Positions 11,410-24,520 of a stretch of 64,000 nt of DNA are shown piece by piece (position 1 is the stretch's first letter; every line of letters begins with the position of its first letter). The stretch spans positions 1,984,001 through 2,048,000 of the forward strand of contig SMSO01000025.1 in NCBI GenBank assembly GCA_004764695.1, read 5' to 3'. Source of the stretch: Schizochytrium sp. TIO01 (Eukaryota; Protista; Bigyra: Labyrinthulomycetes). The notes under the pieces were generated by a model. The model ran no database searches, had not been told where the DNA came from, and worked only from the letters and a program-made list of their open reading frames with translations. A program made the translations under genes and the position numbers.

Positions 11410-13540
11410 AATCTTATATGTCTTGCAGAAAGATGAATCTGGACACTGAGAGGTTGGCTATGTAAATGAAGTCGAGTTGCTTGATGAAGGTTGGAAGAAG
11501 TCTTGATAATCCATTCCTTTTAGATTTAGCGATTTTCAGTCCTTGGAAGTAGACTGATTCATGTTGTAATTTTAATGAGACTAAACATCCTTGAACCGTG
11601 TTAGACACAATTGATGAGTTTAGGTTATCTCGTGTCCGTCTCTTTAACCATCAATTTAGATTCTACCATGCTTCATTCCAGGGGATATGTATGCAAACTT
11701 TTGTTTCTTGACTTCTCAACCACGCAAGCCTGGTTGTCTAATTCTGTTCTGTTGCCAGCCCTTCATCCACAGGATCTTAAGAGAGGATGTATAGAACTCT
11801 AGCAATGTCTTCCTTCAATTGGATATCTCAGCACTAACCACAACAGTTTTCAATGAGGTCGTTTATTTAAGTTATCTTGAGAAAGCCATCTTGTCGATCA
11901 CATTTGCAATCAAAACAAAGTTTTAAGGATTCTGTCTGATAATTCTTGAAGGGTCTCGTATTCAGAGATTATTTCGTTTAAATAAAAAGGTCTTCTCAAG
12001 CACTGGATACCTTGCCGATATATACGCTTGAAGGGATTGTCCTATGGCAGACAATTCAAGACCTTTATTGTTCTGCAAAGCTTATCCCTTGTATTAGATA
12101 GAGCCATTCATGAAGAAGATTCTAATACAGAAAAATACTCATGACCAAATATGCGAGGAGTTGAATCACATCGCATAATATCAAAGCTTCCACCCACGTA
12201 CCCATACGCAGTTCACGGGAAAGAATAGTGTATCTGGGAGCAGCATTTGGAGCGTTTGGTACACAGCAGGGCTCTTCGAACCTGTGTTCGGGTTAATAGA
12301 CTGTCAATTCAATCCTTATAGTTTCAAATGATACACTTCGGTTTCATAGTATCGGTATTTCTCTGCAATATATTCTAAGACAATCAGTATTCCAATCTAA
12401 CACCTAACACGTCTTTTTATTACCCCTCCCCCGGCTCCGACCTCCGTATAGAAAACAAGAATCTCTTGTTGAGGCTTGGCGTTTCACTCATTGAGAGAAT
12501 ATATTGATTGCGCGTTTCTTCATGAGCTTAGTTTTTCAATGTACTGCCAATCATAGACTCACTCATTGTAAATGCATACCTTGCCGGGTGATATTCTGTT
12601 GTTCAATTGTTCAATATAATATTAAAACATAACAGGCAGTGCAGTGACTCTGGAACGTAGACCAGCATGTTAACACAAAACTTGCCCTAGAATGCAAATC
12701 GCTGATGTTTATGCAGTCTGCTTTTCAAAACCTACTTTGCTGTCTGTGTGCTCTTCCGTAATTTAGTTGAGATACCTTGATCACAGCAAAATGGTTCAGA
12801 ATGCATGCTTCTTTCAGATTCCTTGTATCCATATGAACCAGCTTTCCATCGGACGTATAGAAATGGAATCCGCAAATTCGAATTTACCAGACTTGGTTTC
12901 TCTAGTCAAGGAGTGTAGAGTTTCGATCATATATGTAAGATTTCTGGTTCGTTTCTAGCTTGCAAAAGTTTGATTGGCAGAACGCTAAATGGGTAAAGTT
13001 AGGGATTTATTTACAATTAAACACTCTTCGAGATGTGATTGAACCGAACTTTAAGCATGTCTTTCGATGTTTATGCAGCACGTGTAGACGCGCCCTCCTC
13101 TGCAAAGTACTAAGGTAGGACTATCTCCAAATACGTGGTTAGACGGTTTGACAAATCGATGTACTATGAATGTACAGATATACGTATACACATATTTATA
13201 CCCAGAAGGATGCGTCGCTTCGTTAACCTAAAAGGAGGTAGGATTAATGCAGAGTTAAACTGATGATTGGTATATCTAGGTCTTCACATGAAAACATAAG
13301 GCTGAATTAGTCTATATACTCGTCCACGTGTTTTTGAGTGGGAATTTCACTTTGTTTTATATGTTTTCTAAGGTGAGCAGCGTGTGTGGACGTAGACTCA
13401 TTATTGAAGAACTTTGTATGTTCTAACATACATTCAAGCCTATTGTTTTTATGGTCCAATCGATGACCTTGATTGGCAAAACGCGAAAACAAAGTTTCAA
13501 AAGCTGCTCGCATATACATACCAAAATGAATATACCGCAA
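11410..13540 (-). pseudogene. Decayed LRR gene, copy C
   Basis: Minus-strand fragments LDHKNNRLECM, NIERHA*SS, NQTFAS*K, VIDKMAFSR*L, LLEFYTSSLKILWM, IVSNTVQGCL, FQGL-KSLNL-NGLSRLLPTFIKQLDFIYIANLS. 11425-11510 aligns at nucleotide level with 9777-9860. May be more than one gene. Confidence 0.55.
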
Positions 13541-16500
13541 TCATGTAAGAAATGCTTGAGCAAGTCTATCAAATTATAGAGCATTACTTTTCAGAATCTT
13601 TACTGAATGGTCGCATTTTTTAAATTAAAAAAATGATGAGAGATCTTAACAAAAATTATTGATAAGAAGAATGATAACCAAGTGTTCATGAAACAAAGTT
13701 TGCCAAGGTTGTTTCAACATTCACTCCATACCGCAGATAAATATAATTTACGATAATGGCGCTTGCAGACACCATAACAGAATACCTTTCAACAGGAACA
13801 TACCCCGAACCAGAGATGCAACATTACCCAAGTGCCTTTCTCGTTTCCTCACTCAAAACAACAACTGTTTTGTGGCCCTACCGGGTCTTACCTTGTTTAC
13901 CCTCACACAGCAGCCTTAGCTTTGTTCCTCTGCGCTCGTAGCAGCTGTGTATGCTACGGGCCCTTGATCTTCATAAGGAATCTTACTATAATTGATTCCT
14001 ATTTTATACAGTGTCGGAGTCTACTCGAAGTCCCCGGTTCAAGTTGGCGAGCTAAAATTACATTCCGGAGCAGTGTCGGCGATGCCATATAGCTCCCGAA
14101 ACAGTGGCAATTGAGGTAAGCGACCAGCCATGCCAGGTTGTGAAAACAAGTTTCTTGCTCTGTGGTAGAAGCTGCGCTAGCATTTGCCTGGGCGTCTTAT
14201 TTGCTATGCCTGACGAGCGAAGGCACCTGCTAGGTGGGGAATGTACATTCCGGCGGACTTGAACTTGACCTACCCGATTTGGTCTTCTAGCTTCTACTAC
14301 GTAGTACTTGAAGCTAGCTCGAGTTTTTGGTTACTGACAGCGTTCTTGCCACCACCTACCTACCACTTAATGTAGCACTCGGTAGAGTTCCTGTCAAGAT
14401 AAGATATGACGACGCCTTGCTACCAACATCTCAAGCTCCGAGATGAGTATAATAACTTGAATATAGTGCTGCCGTTCGGAGAACACTTAAGGTCCTTGCC
14501 AGATATCGACAGCAACTGTGCGGCAAAGAAACTGGTGTCAAAGAACCCTCTTCGAATTGAAACTCTAGAGAAGTATCAAAATATCACTCACTGTTGTCTA
14601 CTATCTACTGATATGCGATCCACTTGAAGAGATAGAGAATGATAGAGATCAGCTCTCTGCAAAGGTAACTCCACTCTCACTAGCCAGAGAAAATCAGTTT
14701 AAAAATTTTAACCTGAGTTAAAACTCAGGCAAAAACAACACCAATTTGAAGTAACTCTATCATTGATTCTTGTCCCTAAAAGTAATACTCGCACAAGTGC
14801 GTACGACTAAGTAGTAATCAGTATCGTCTGTCCAACTTGAATGCTCAAGCCACGGCTTCAATTAGCAGCAATACTATACTAGGTATGTATGTACCCACCA
14901 CCCACTTACTCACTCACTCCAAAAGCGGCAGTACCTAGTAGTAGCCAATCAATGAGCATCATTTCCACCATTCAGTCTCCCTGGCCTTCCAATAGTCAAA
15001 TTTAATATAAACTAAATCTACTACCAACGATTGCCGTTGAACTTGCCTGCCTCGCTCATATGGGTACATGTCTGTTTTCGATTCTGTGCTGTATTCAAGC
15101 TGCAAGCACAAAAAGGCTTCTTGTGCTCGAAGAAGCGATCGATTCTTTAAGGCTTGTCCGGGAGATTATACAAAACTCGAACACTTTCATAAAAAACATT
15201 ATAAAAAAAGAGAATCGCTCGTGAAAATCGCTCGTTCTAAACGACAGTGTTGCGTGTCAGTGCCTCCCGCACAAGGCACCGTGTATCTTTCATGAGTGGA
15301 GTAGCTAAGTCTACTTCCGATGCCAGTGCCTTTCGTTGCCAATCATCCGTTGAAACGAAGAATAAGCTGCCATAAGTCAATCTATTCGCGTGCCTCAAGC
15401 TCGGTTCTTCGCGCTTTAAGGGACTCGTGTGAATTGTTTTCAACTAAGGGTGTGCTAGGACATCTTATCTGTGGTAGCACTGACTAGGGTCACTTTAGAA
15501 CTTAACTTCTGACCTACATGATGCCGTGCAAGATTGATTGAAGAGTAGATAAACTTTGAGACGAAGGGTCGCCAACGATCATATCGCAATCAGGACATGG
15601 GTGATGAAGAGCGGGCGACGATCGTCTTTCCTCTGGCAGAGGCCACGGGTATCGATGAAGAGCTCCACGAAGTCTCTGTTGACAAGGCTCTTGTACTTTT
15701 TTGCCATCATAAAAGATTTTATGAGAGACTACACTGGTTTTTCCCCCCTATGAAGAATATGACTTCTTTTAAAAGAAACTGGGACTAAAGAAAACGAGAA
15801 AATAAAAGCTAAAAAAAAGAGAAGAGAAAATGAAAGGAAGGACGTTTCGTAGTTGTGCGAAGACTTAGTTTTGCCTCACTTCTCGTTTTACGGTGATTGA
15901 TTTTTCAGTTCATGGCGAGTCAGCCAGTAAGTTGGGCTCCGTGCATGCTCAGATAGGTGACAATGAGGCGCGGTCAACCCGCTTCCCGGATCTGGACTAC
16001 TAAAATTGACTAATTTTCTTTCTCGACGAATAAAATGGGAAAAATCAGAAAGAAGGAAATAAATTGGCAAAAAGTGGAAAACTGCGGATACTTGGTAGTA
16101 GGAGCGTGAATAGTCTATTGAGGCTCCGGTTGGTAAATGAAGAATTCAAGCAGCATATGAAGAATTCAAGCAGCGTATGCTGTACACTGGACAGAGCAAT
16201 AACTGACTTTGGGGCAAATAGAGAATGTACAGCGCAAATGAAACAAATAGGTTGGTACCTACTATAGTTTGCCAAAGAGAAATATGAATTTTGCAAAGGA
16301 GTGAATGAACGATCTGCTGGCCGTAGTAATCCCGCAATAACGCGGCGCTGGTCGTCACTCGAAACGAGAACAACCGTGCTTTCTTAGCTGCGGCGAGCGA
16401 AGAGGCGACATCCTCAAGGACCCCCGCTGGCGGTGGACGGTGGGCCGAATACGGCTGCGTTCCCCGCCGAGGAGAAATCAGTAGCGTGGGAAAGATCAAA

Positions 16501-16831
16501 GAAAGAAAGAAGTTAAAGCTCTCAGTCAGTCTTTCAATCGATCAGAAAGAAGATAAAGGGAGGAAACAGAGAAGCGAAACTTGACGAAGAAGAACATCGA
16601 AGCTCGTGCCCCAGCAGCTTCGTTGACAAATCTAAACGTTTGCTAACAGGGGGCATAGCTTTGCCAAGAGGGTCTATCTAACTTTTGTCAGGTTTCTGCT
16701 GCGGACCCTGGGCTGATCCTGATCGACATTTTGTTGGCTGTTTTTATTTTTACTTTTAAACTTGTGTCGCCGCTCCGGAGACGCTTGCGTTTGGTGGCGA
16801 GGACTTCGGGATTGCAAAGAATCAAGACATA

Positions 16832-16857
16832 ATGAGCTGGAATCAACAGCAATATAT

Positions 16858-16896
<39 letters not shown>

Positions 16897-17113
16897 ACAA
16901 ATGTATTATATCGTTGGAAATGGAGGCTACATGCAAATATCATCGGACCCATCTTCGTATGGAGGGCAGCAGGGAGCTGTTCAGAATTCGTACATGCAAC
17001 AACAGCCACAGACACAGCAACAGGGTATGATGATGTACATGCAAATGCCGCAGGGTCAGTATGTACAGTTTCAGCCCCAGCAAATGCAGCAGGCACAGTA
17101 TCAACAAATTCAA

Positions 17114-17145
<32 letters not shown>

Positions 17146-19531
17146 ACAGCAGCAGCAGCAGCAACCATACGTGTACATGAACCAAGGTTATGGTTACATG
17201 ATGCCACAGCAGCAGATGAACCAGATGCAATGCATGATGCTGCCAGACGGTAGACTTGTGATGATGTCTCCTGACGCCATGCACTCATTTATGTCACAAC
17301 AGGGGTGGAACAGCCAAACACCATCGAATTCTTCTTCTTCTCCTAACAGCAACATCAATAACGGCAACACCAACAACAGCAGCAGCAACAGCAGTAGTAG
17401 CCAAAATAATAACAGCAACAATAAGGGGAGTAACAATGGTAGTAACAGCAATGGCAGTAGCAGTAGCAACAGTGGCAATAACAGCAGCAACAATGCTAAC
17501 GAGAATCACAATAATGGAAGCTACTCTTCCCAGCAACATTGCCAACAACATCAAGAATCTTCATCGCCACCTCAGTTGCAGCAGCTCTCAGGCCAGCAAC
17601 AACCTCAATTTATCCAATCTCAACAGCAGTTCCAGAATCAGCACCAACACCAAAGCCAAGATAATTCCTTGTCACAACAATCTCAGTCACAGCAGCAGCA
17701 GCAGCAGCAACAACAACAACAGCAGCTCCAACAACCCTCCCAACACTTACAGCAAGATTCTCAACAACAGCAACAACAAAATCAACAACATCCAGCATAC
17801 AACTCCTACTCCCAGCAGTCTAACACCAACGGAATGCTCAATGCTGGAAATGGCCAGAATGGAATGAGCAACAGTGGGGGACAGATTCCTCAAGAACAGC
17901 AAGTTCAAATGTTCTCACCAAACAACTTATCTTCGGGATCATCCAATGATTCAGCTGGGAGTGGTCAGAGTGGGTCAGTACCTCAGCAAGGTTTATTAGT
18001 GCAAAACTCGCAGCAATCATCACAGCCCGAGAAAGAACAAGAGTGGTCGTCAGCGCTAGGACATCAGCAGCTGCAGCAGAATCTATCCTCAGGCCAACAA
18101 CAGCAGCAACCATTTTTTTCGCAAAGCATGATGAGTGGGGGGCCGTATATGAATATGCAACACATGTTTGGCGGTGGTATGATGTATATGGGTCAAGGGG
18201 GAATGCAAATGCATCCGATGGTGCCAAGCAACTTTACGAAAATGCAAAACCCAATGGCAAGCTCCTCACCCGTGCCGTCAATTTCTAACTCACATGGCCG
18301 ATCCAAGAAAAAAATGAAAACTTCCCATCGATCTGCGAAATCATTGCGTGACCTTATTAAATCACGTCGCGCGTTGAAACGTATTAATGAGTTTGTTGGC
18401 CCATTTCCTACGACTGAGTTAGAAGAAGCCATCAAAATTACAAACATTCTTCCTGGAGCGAGGTTCTCTGGACACTTTGTCATCACCGATTCTCATATGC
18501 TGAAGAGGGTGCGCTTTGGTGGCCTCGGAATCATGCGCGGTAGTTGTTTCGCAGACATCTTCAAGGCAATCAATCGTACTCGTATTCACAAATTGGATCT
18601 TGATGATACACAGAGTATTGAACTTGCAAAATTAGCAAAGTACGCAGAACCAGAGCGCAAGGGTTCTATCATTGGACCAGACAATCTTGCGGTGCTGTGG
18701 AATGCACTTCGGGCACCGCATTGTCCATTGGAGGAATTGAACGCTGATGGTACGGATGCTGGTGCCAGTCACGGGTACAGGGCACTAGGGGCGGCTTTGG
18801 CATTGAACACAAAACTTTTGGTATTGAAACTGGATGATACATCAGATGATGAAACGAGTACTCAGGACTGTAAAGAACTTGCAGACGCATTGAGACAAAA
18901 TGCCCACCTGCAGTCTTTTTCCTTTGCTGGAAATCGAATAGGCTCTGCTGGATGCATTGCTTTTGCTTCCGCTATTCACTTCAATAGTGCCTTGACGTCC
19001 TTGAACTTGGAGGCCAATGGTATTGGCGAAGATGGCTGTGCTGCGATTGCGGACATGTTACGTATTAACACAACCTTGCGAAAACTTGGCCTGGCACGCA
19101 ATACAGAAATTGGTGAGGAAGGCTGTCGTTTAATTAGTGATGCACTGCGTCTGAATGAAACACTGGAAGAGCTCGATTTAGAACAAACAAATATAGGTCT
19201 GAACAGAGCTGCAGGTGTGCGCGCGCTCGCCAGCGGACTGAAGAGAAACAAGAGTCTGAAAGTCTTGATTCTCACGGATAATGACCTTGGCGCAAACGCG
19301 AGTGAGTATCTGTCCAAGTTGCTCAAGTCCAACTCAACATTGACTTCCTTGACTCTTTCCAAAAATCGTATCGGCTTCCGCGCGCTCAAATCTCTAATCC
19401 CTGGTTTGATCACAAACAATTCGCTTGTATTCCTCAACTTAATTAGAAACCCCCTCACAGCACCGTGTTATGAACAGCTTGAAATTCTTTCACGAAGCAA
19501 GCCAAATCTAGCGAAGGGAATTGTTTTGTAG
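16832..19531 (+). CDS. Protein with Q/N/M/Y-rich prion-like N-terminal half and C-terminal ribonuclease-inhibitor-type LRR domain (NLRC3-like LRR, no NACHT)
   Basis: 899-aa ORF; ~9-10 repeats of 28-30 aa such as LTSLNLEANGIGEDGCAAIADMLRINTTLRKLGLARN. The N-terminal ~470 aa is low-complexity polyQ/N/S. Candidate 5'UTR acceptors (ctaac...ag) at ~16651 and ~16691. Confidence 0.9.
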
Positions 19532-21765
19532 ATCATTTCCGGAAGGAGCTAGTAAACAAACAATATTTCTACGCTTGTCTTTTAAAGACAGCATTGCTGA
19601 AGGGGTGGATCACAAGGAGCTCACCCTTTCTATCATTTCTATGATTTGCGGTTTCCTCGAAGTGCCTATTGTGGGGGTACTACCACCTCGATATTCGATA
19701 TCTTTAAAAACTTGCAGAATTCTACATCATTTTGCAAAGGGATATCCCTACCTGGATAGTATTTCTCATGCCTTTATTGCGCTTTTCTTTGCTCTTTCCT
19801 GCCTCAGAATACGTTCGTATACTTAGAGATTCTGGATGGGGTTCTTATTGCCTTTGAGAGGCCACGTTCTTAGTACTAGCGCGTTGGCGCATTAACCATG
19901 TAAATCTCATAACCTACTCTATAAAAACAAAAGACAGACACAAGGGAAGAGCTTTCGCTGCTGCGCCTGCCATTCACATTTTTTTAAGCAATTCAAAGGA
20001 CATATCTTCAATGAAAGAAATAACCTTCCTTCCTATTAACTGCCAAAACTCCTCTTTCGGTTAGGTTTTCCTTCCTTCACCCTGTGCCTCCGAAGATAGT
20101 ACGGCGTCGGTGCTTGATATTCCGACTCTTCCTTTGTCTTACGATGAGGATCTCAGCGGTCCATATTCCAACGTAGCCAAATGAACTGTCAGAGGCGGTC
20201 AGTTGATAAAATCTAGTCCATCAAACAATACGAGGGACGTGGTCCCCACGTTTCCGGTACGCGTTATTTCGATACGTGTAAATACAGACAGGTTTTCCGA
20301 GTAGGTATGTATTTACAGTGCCGCGATTGATATCAACCCGGCATAATGGCAACATAAAAAGGCCTGCACGCATGGTGTGGCGAATCCAACGTCTGCTACT
20401 CTAGGTCTGTTATTAGTTTCAATATGTTACTAAAAAACGGCTTCACATGGTGCGTGCCTTACACGCCCTTAGTTTCTCCTAGCAAAACTCTGCAGTCCAA
20501 CTACTAGTACGCAATATATTCGTAATAATTACTTGTACTTTGTTGATAAAATAGTAGACACTCAATCTATTCTCTCAATGGCCGCTAAGGTCCGTGATAC
20601 TCCGTTCGAGCCGGTGTCAACTCAACCGGTTTGCAGCTGAAGCTGGAGCGGGCACTGGGCTTCATGTCCTATCGGTCACGTTCCTTTCCTTCCAGTGTTG
20701 TGTTGGTCAGCGATGCACGAGCCCATCATATATTCCAAGTAAGTGAGCATTCTAAAAAAATATTGATCAAAAAAGTTTCAATTAAATTTAAAATAAATAA
20801 AGCACTACTCTACCTAGCTAATAGTAGGTATGTGAAATAGTATATTATATATTTTAAATTCCTAATTAAGAAAATAAAAATAGTATATACATACACCATG
20901 GTAATTGAACCCTGCATAAATTAAAAATAAATAAGTGAAAGTCATAAAACCAATTGAGCCCACAAGTCAGCAACGAAAGAAACTCGTGACACAGTTTTAT
21001 GTTTAATTTTCCTCGGGCTGGAGATATACTACCTGCAGAGACTATCTTAAAACAATGTCCTGTTAAAATGGTTCATGGCCACGTAAAGGTACCTAGTTTG
21101 ATAATAAATTTCCATCGTCTAGAACGAAGAATAACCTGCATCATAAAAAGCTCGAATGAAAATTGCGTAGCACTCTATGAACGTTGCTCATTTGTTCGAT
21201 TCTTCATCTTCTTAGAAACTGTTTGCTCATTCCTGGGTTGGTTGATTTAGTTAATGGTTGCATAGCTTCTCATGTCAGAGAGGTTCGATTAGTTAAGCCC
21301 AATTCTGTTCGTTCATCTGTGAAAACGTTGCGACTTCATTCGTGTTTATGCATACAAAATTTTAGTTTTACGAGTTGGGTGTTTCTTGTAATATGGCGGA
21401 TAGAGTTAATAGTAATTGCTGCTAGTTGGCATCCCTACTTCATGGGATAATAGTACCTCATTTATCGATAATCCTAACAGTAGCATGACTTCGTGTTCAC
21501 AAGCGAGCACGCGCAAACCCGAATCGAGAGGACCGATAGAGCAAGCTTGCTTTACGGCGCTCTCGGAGCCTGTTTGGACGCGAGTGAGGAGGTATATCTT
21601 CACCGATCTTTGCCTCTGACTTACCTGATTGCGGTCCCTGGAACTTTCCCTTCGGGAGAGGGCTGGATTTGACTGGGATCAATTTGGTTCCGCACATTAC
21701 GAGTGCGTGCTGCGAAACGTCGAGCCATCAAGAACAAACAAAGTTAGGCGCTCAACAACAAAAAT

Positions 21766-22602
21766 ATGGTATCATGCTTCGCATTTATGGGAAGGCAACA
21801 GCCAAAAGCGCCTCGTGACACTCCCAAGAAGAAGAATAGCCCACTGAAGGCTGTTAAAAAACGCCTGAGTGCAGTTAGACCGCCGGTGTCTGCTCAAGAG
21901 GCCCCAACGGCGCCGCCTTCATCGGGACAAAGCACGGCTAGGGATGCAGGGATGTTGCAGGACGGCCGTCTTGGTCAAACTAGCCCAGTTGAGGTTGCAA
22001 GAGAGCCTGCAACATCAAATGTGGCAGAAACAGTCTCTGTTCTAGCGTCTCTGGGGGATCCAGGCTTGCCTGGTTCAAGAAGTAGTCTTGGACCTTCATC
22101 TTCAAGCCGCTTGTCACTCCCAATTGTTTCAATTTCAATGCCAATGTCATCATCTGCGGGAAATGGTACGAGTAGCTCGAATCTCTTGAAGAAAGCTCCA
22201 CGCGACTCTGACAAGGACACGAGGGCTTTAGAAACTCGTGTGGAGGAACTCCTTGTCGCAGGCGGAAGGCCATCGGAGATTGCTGATGCATTTGCAGATC
22301 TTGGCGAGATGCAATTGCTTAAGCAGTTTTATTCCCGTTCGATTGAAAGCTTTGCGTTTTGTCTTTCGTATTCTACCGTGAAGCGTCAGGCTAGGGCATA
22401 CCTGGGTGTCGCCAAGGCGCGCTTTGCCTTGGCGAAGAAACAGTCCAAATCCAAGAGAGCTAAGACACGTGATGAGGCTCTGGAGGCTGCCGAAGCAGCA
22501 CTCCTCCTGGCGCAACGATTTCACGGTGGCTCCACACTGGAGGAGGAAACAAAAATGCTAGTAGAAGCAATCAATGCACTGCCTTTTAAGGTCTCTGTGT
22601 AA
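21766..22602 (+). CDS. Hypothetical protein with C-terminal TPR-like helical repeats
   Basis: 278-aa ORF with a disordered N-half, then ADAFADLGEMQLLKQFYSRSIESFAFCL and ARAYLGVAKARFAL...ALEAAEAALLLA, matching TPR patterns. Confidence 0.7.
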   Translation: MVSCFAFMGRQQPKAPRDTPKKKNSPLKAVKKRLSAVRPPVSAQEAPTAPPSSGQSTARDAGMLQDGRLGQTSPVEVAREPATSNVAETVSVLASLGDPGLPGSRSSLGPSSSSRLSLPIVSISMPMSSSAGNGTSSSNLLKKAPRDSDKDTRALETRVEELLVAGGRPSEIADAFADLGEMQLLKQFYSRSIESFAFCLSYSTVKRQARAYLGVAKARFALAKKQSKSKRAKTRDEALEAAEAALLLAQRFHGGSTLEEETKMLVEAINALPFKVSV

Positions 22603-23039
22603 CTTGGAAACTTGTGCAGGCGCGCGGCCGGTGTTGTTAGCATACGTTTGTATACGTATGACTGTTTGCCTAAACTGATACATGGATGCATGGGGCGAAT
22701 GCTGTTTATTTATCACCCCACATTCAAACTTTTCAGATCATTCTCCTTTTTGTTGTAGAGATTTTTCTTAGATGTGCTATTGAAGAAAAGCTCATAGAAC
22801 CCAAACTGTGTGTGCGTGGTGTAGGACCTAGTAGATGTGGTGCTAGAACCAAAGCAACTTTCTTTTGATGTACCAGGAATCGAGGTGGTTTTCTCTTGCT
22901 ATTCTGTTGACAATTAACAAAACATACGCACTATTACTATTTTAAAATTGAAATAATGAACATGATTCTTTCAATGTATTTGCGTGTTTCTGCTTGAAAG
23001 ACAAACAATAAATACGATTGCTCTTGCACGATGTTTATT

Positions 23040-24520
23040 TTAGAGTTTTGGACGTTGAATCTCTTTCCATGCCTCTAGCAAAGCTCGGCGAGCTAAAGCA
23101 ACCTGCACGGCACGGAGCACAATTTTCAAAATGGTCTTGATGTGGCCGAGCGCAAACAGAAATCCTACAATATAAGCAATATTTGGCAGGGCAGGGTACT
23201 GCACGACTAGCTGGGCAATACGATCGCGCAGTTTTTCAACATCTATGTAGCTTGTTAAATATAGTTGTGCTCGTAGCCAGAGGTTGTTAATCGCATCACG
23301 ATCGTTCTCATTAATGAGAACGCCAACAAATTTTTGCAAGAATTCTAAAATAAGACCTGCAAAACCAAACCTTTTAAGGCTTACAGAGGCGAATTGGCTT
23401 GGAGGAAACCCAAAACCTTTGCGCGACGAACCTGGCCCTGTGAAATTTGGTTTATCTTGAAGAACAAACACATAATCAATCGACAAATTAGAAGCCCAAG
23501 AAGCCACTCGGGCTTGCTCTGGGCCGCACCATTCATTAACCTCAATACACTCTACGTGCGCAACTAAATCAGACCGTGTGCGTTGAAGAACAAGAAAGTC
23601 TTCCAAAGACCCACTTGCCTCATTTGAGGGGTCGAAATCCACTCGTGGAGAGAGCTGCCTCATTGCCTCCGCAATAGGCGGAGCGTTTCGGACCAAGGAG
23701 CTTCTAAAAAGTGAAATCAAGTAATCACTGTCAGCTACCTATTTTCATGCAAATTTTCTTCGTTGTGAGCAGGTTAAACTTACAAGATTGCATTGGTGCA
23801 TATGCGTCCATTTGAATTATTCGCGAGGGATTGTATCCCTCGAGGAAAGCTCGGGGCCACTGGGAGGATCGTATGCAGCATCGCCAACCGCCATATCGTC
23901 CTTGTAAGCTGCATCAGTGAATACTTCTCGCCTATAAGCATTTCAAGCTCCGTAAGCCAGCGTTCACGTTCCTCTGGAGCAAGCCGTGGACGCATGACTT
24001 GAGGGGCGCGGGAGGTTCGTAAGACAGTATCAATATTAAGAGTACGGATGACTGGCGGACTGATGTGTAGTACTCGTCTACGTTTCAAAACAACAACAAC
24101 ATGATCGTGAGATTGTCCTGTAAGTTGTCTTCCAGCTGCATAAATTGACCCTGCCGTTGTCAAAAGTATTAGGTCTCCTGGTTGCGGTTCGCCATCTCCT
24201 ATGGGTTCTAAAACAGGCGTGTCTAATTTCATATTCCCTACATGTTCTGCGCCCTTTTGAAGTGCAGAAGACCTAGGCAAGGACTTCTCACCATGGTTAT
24301 TGAAGTGACTACTTTTGCTGTTCCCAGGATGTTTTCCATCCCTATTGCGCGGTGCCAAGTTTGCTGATTTGGTGTTCCTGGTCCCATCTTTGCAGGTATT
24401 GCCAGGTCGCTCTTCACCATGGCTTACTCCATCCTCCTCCACGCCTGGCTCTAAAGACAAGCTGTCTGGCGCAAACAATTGCGTCACGGCCCTCGCTAGC
24501 GCCTGCACAGCCTCGTCCAT
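23040..24520 (-). CDS. Permuted papain-like NlpC/P60 (YiiX/YaeF-LRAT-like) enzyme; 2 exons, complement(join(23040..23703,23784..24520))
   Basis: QPGDLILL..HDHVVVV..VLH...IGEKY...ICTNAI gives the His-before-Cys permuted order. An 80-nt intron at 23704-23783 (GTAAGT...GCTGAC...TTTTAG) joins the two track ORFs in frame, total 1401 nt (466 aa). Confidence 0.8.

Noticed and set aside
13750-14630. Protein-like interrupted reading frames
   Set aside because: No recognisable motif; not supportable as a gene or transposon.
20999-21450. Kinase-like fragments (NCVALYE..FIFLE, VKPN, HPYF)
   Set aside because: Spacing is too short and no HRD/DFG/APE is present; cannot be distinguished from chance.
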